DNA from: Basidiobolus meristosporus CBS 931.73
Taxonomy: Eukaryota; Fungi; Basidiobolomycota
Length of the DNA stretch: 47,036 bases
Direction: 5' to 3'
NCBI GenBank assembly: GCA_002104905.1
Contig: MCFE01000678.1
Span: 1 to 47,036, forward strand
A model generated the notes under the pieces. The model was not told the DNA's origin. It ran no database searches and was given only the letters and a program-made list of their open reading frames with translations. The first letter of the stretch is position 1, and each line of letters starts with the position of its first letter. A program made the translations under genes and the position numbers. Below, one piece after another: positions 46,702-47,036 of the stretch.

Positions 46702-47036
46702 ATGTTTAGACTCTACACCAAAGCACCGCCGTCTCGTTCTCCAGACGCTTCTCTCGATCCCTCTCAAACGTTCCTACTTGGCCAGCCCTCCTCCTCGGCC
46801 ATTATACACACTACTCAACAAGGCCCCTTTCCTTCAACCCGCCTCTTTTTTCCACCATCGTTCCTGTTTGCATGAGCAAGCAGCCAGCACAACGGCCCAG
46901 ACTCGGAGAAACCCGAGCCAGCCATCCCCGGCCGTTTACTCATAGGTTTCACCTGTAAAGTATGCAACCACCGGCAATACAAGTTTATGTCCAAGATGGC
47001 CTATACCAAGGGGGTGGTCCTCATCCAATGCGACGG
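46702..47036 (+). CDS. ZIM17: DNL zinc-finger protein (Zim17/Hep1), partial; 5' structure unresolved
   Basis: LLIGFTCKVCNHRQYKFMSKMAYTKGVVLIQCD runs to the window end. The ATG at 46702 is in frame, but a TGA at 46873 intervenes. Confidence 0.75.

Overview
Eukaryotic (intron-containing, fungal-type) genomic DNA. The species cannot be identified from the window; gene style suggests an early-diverging fungus (inference). It has two compartments. (1) Bases 1 to ~41,000 are a nested, CpG-eroded transposon graveyard. It holds two Ty1/copia families with a half-tRNA-iMet PBS and three Ty3/gypsy families (B, ~367-bp LTR; C, 0.8-1.07-kb LTR; D, ~375-bp LTR). It also holds a complete 3.43-kb PIF/Harbinger-IS5-type (PHIS) DNA transposon with TIRs, an ATT duplication and an open transposase, a probable CACTA relic, and decayed paralogous ORFs of unknown type. 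One intact, CpG-rich gene for a secreted Gly/Asn/Tyr repeat protein (36197-38221) lies in this compartment. (2) Bases ~41,100-47,036 are a compact CpG-rich gene block: an 8-exon KDEL-bearing PDI-family gene, a Pho80/Pcl-type cyclin, LPD1 and the start of a DNL zinc-finger (Zim17) gene. The strongest leads are: all three readable family-C insertion sites are centred on CpG (ACGT, ACGG, GCGC); the PHIS element has an AWT duplication and a hidden 388-codon second ORF; gypsy D carries an extra ORF in the env position; and the secreted G/N/Y repeat protein. Family names A-E are my labels. All alignments and identity figures are by eye; no database search was run.
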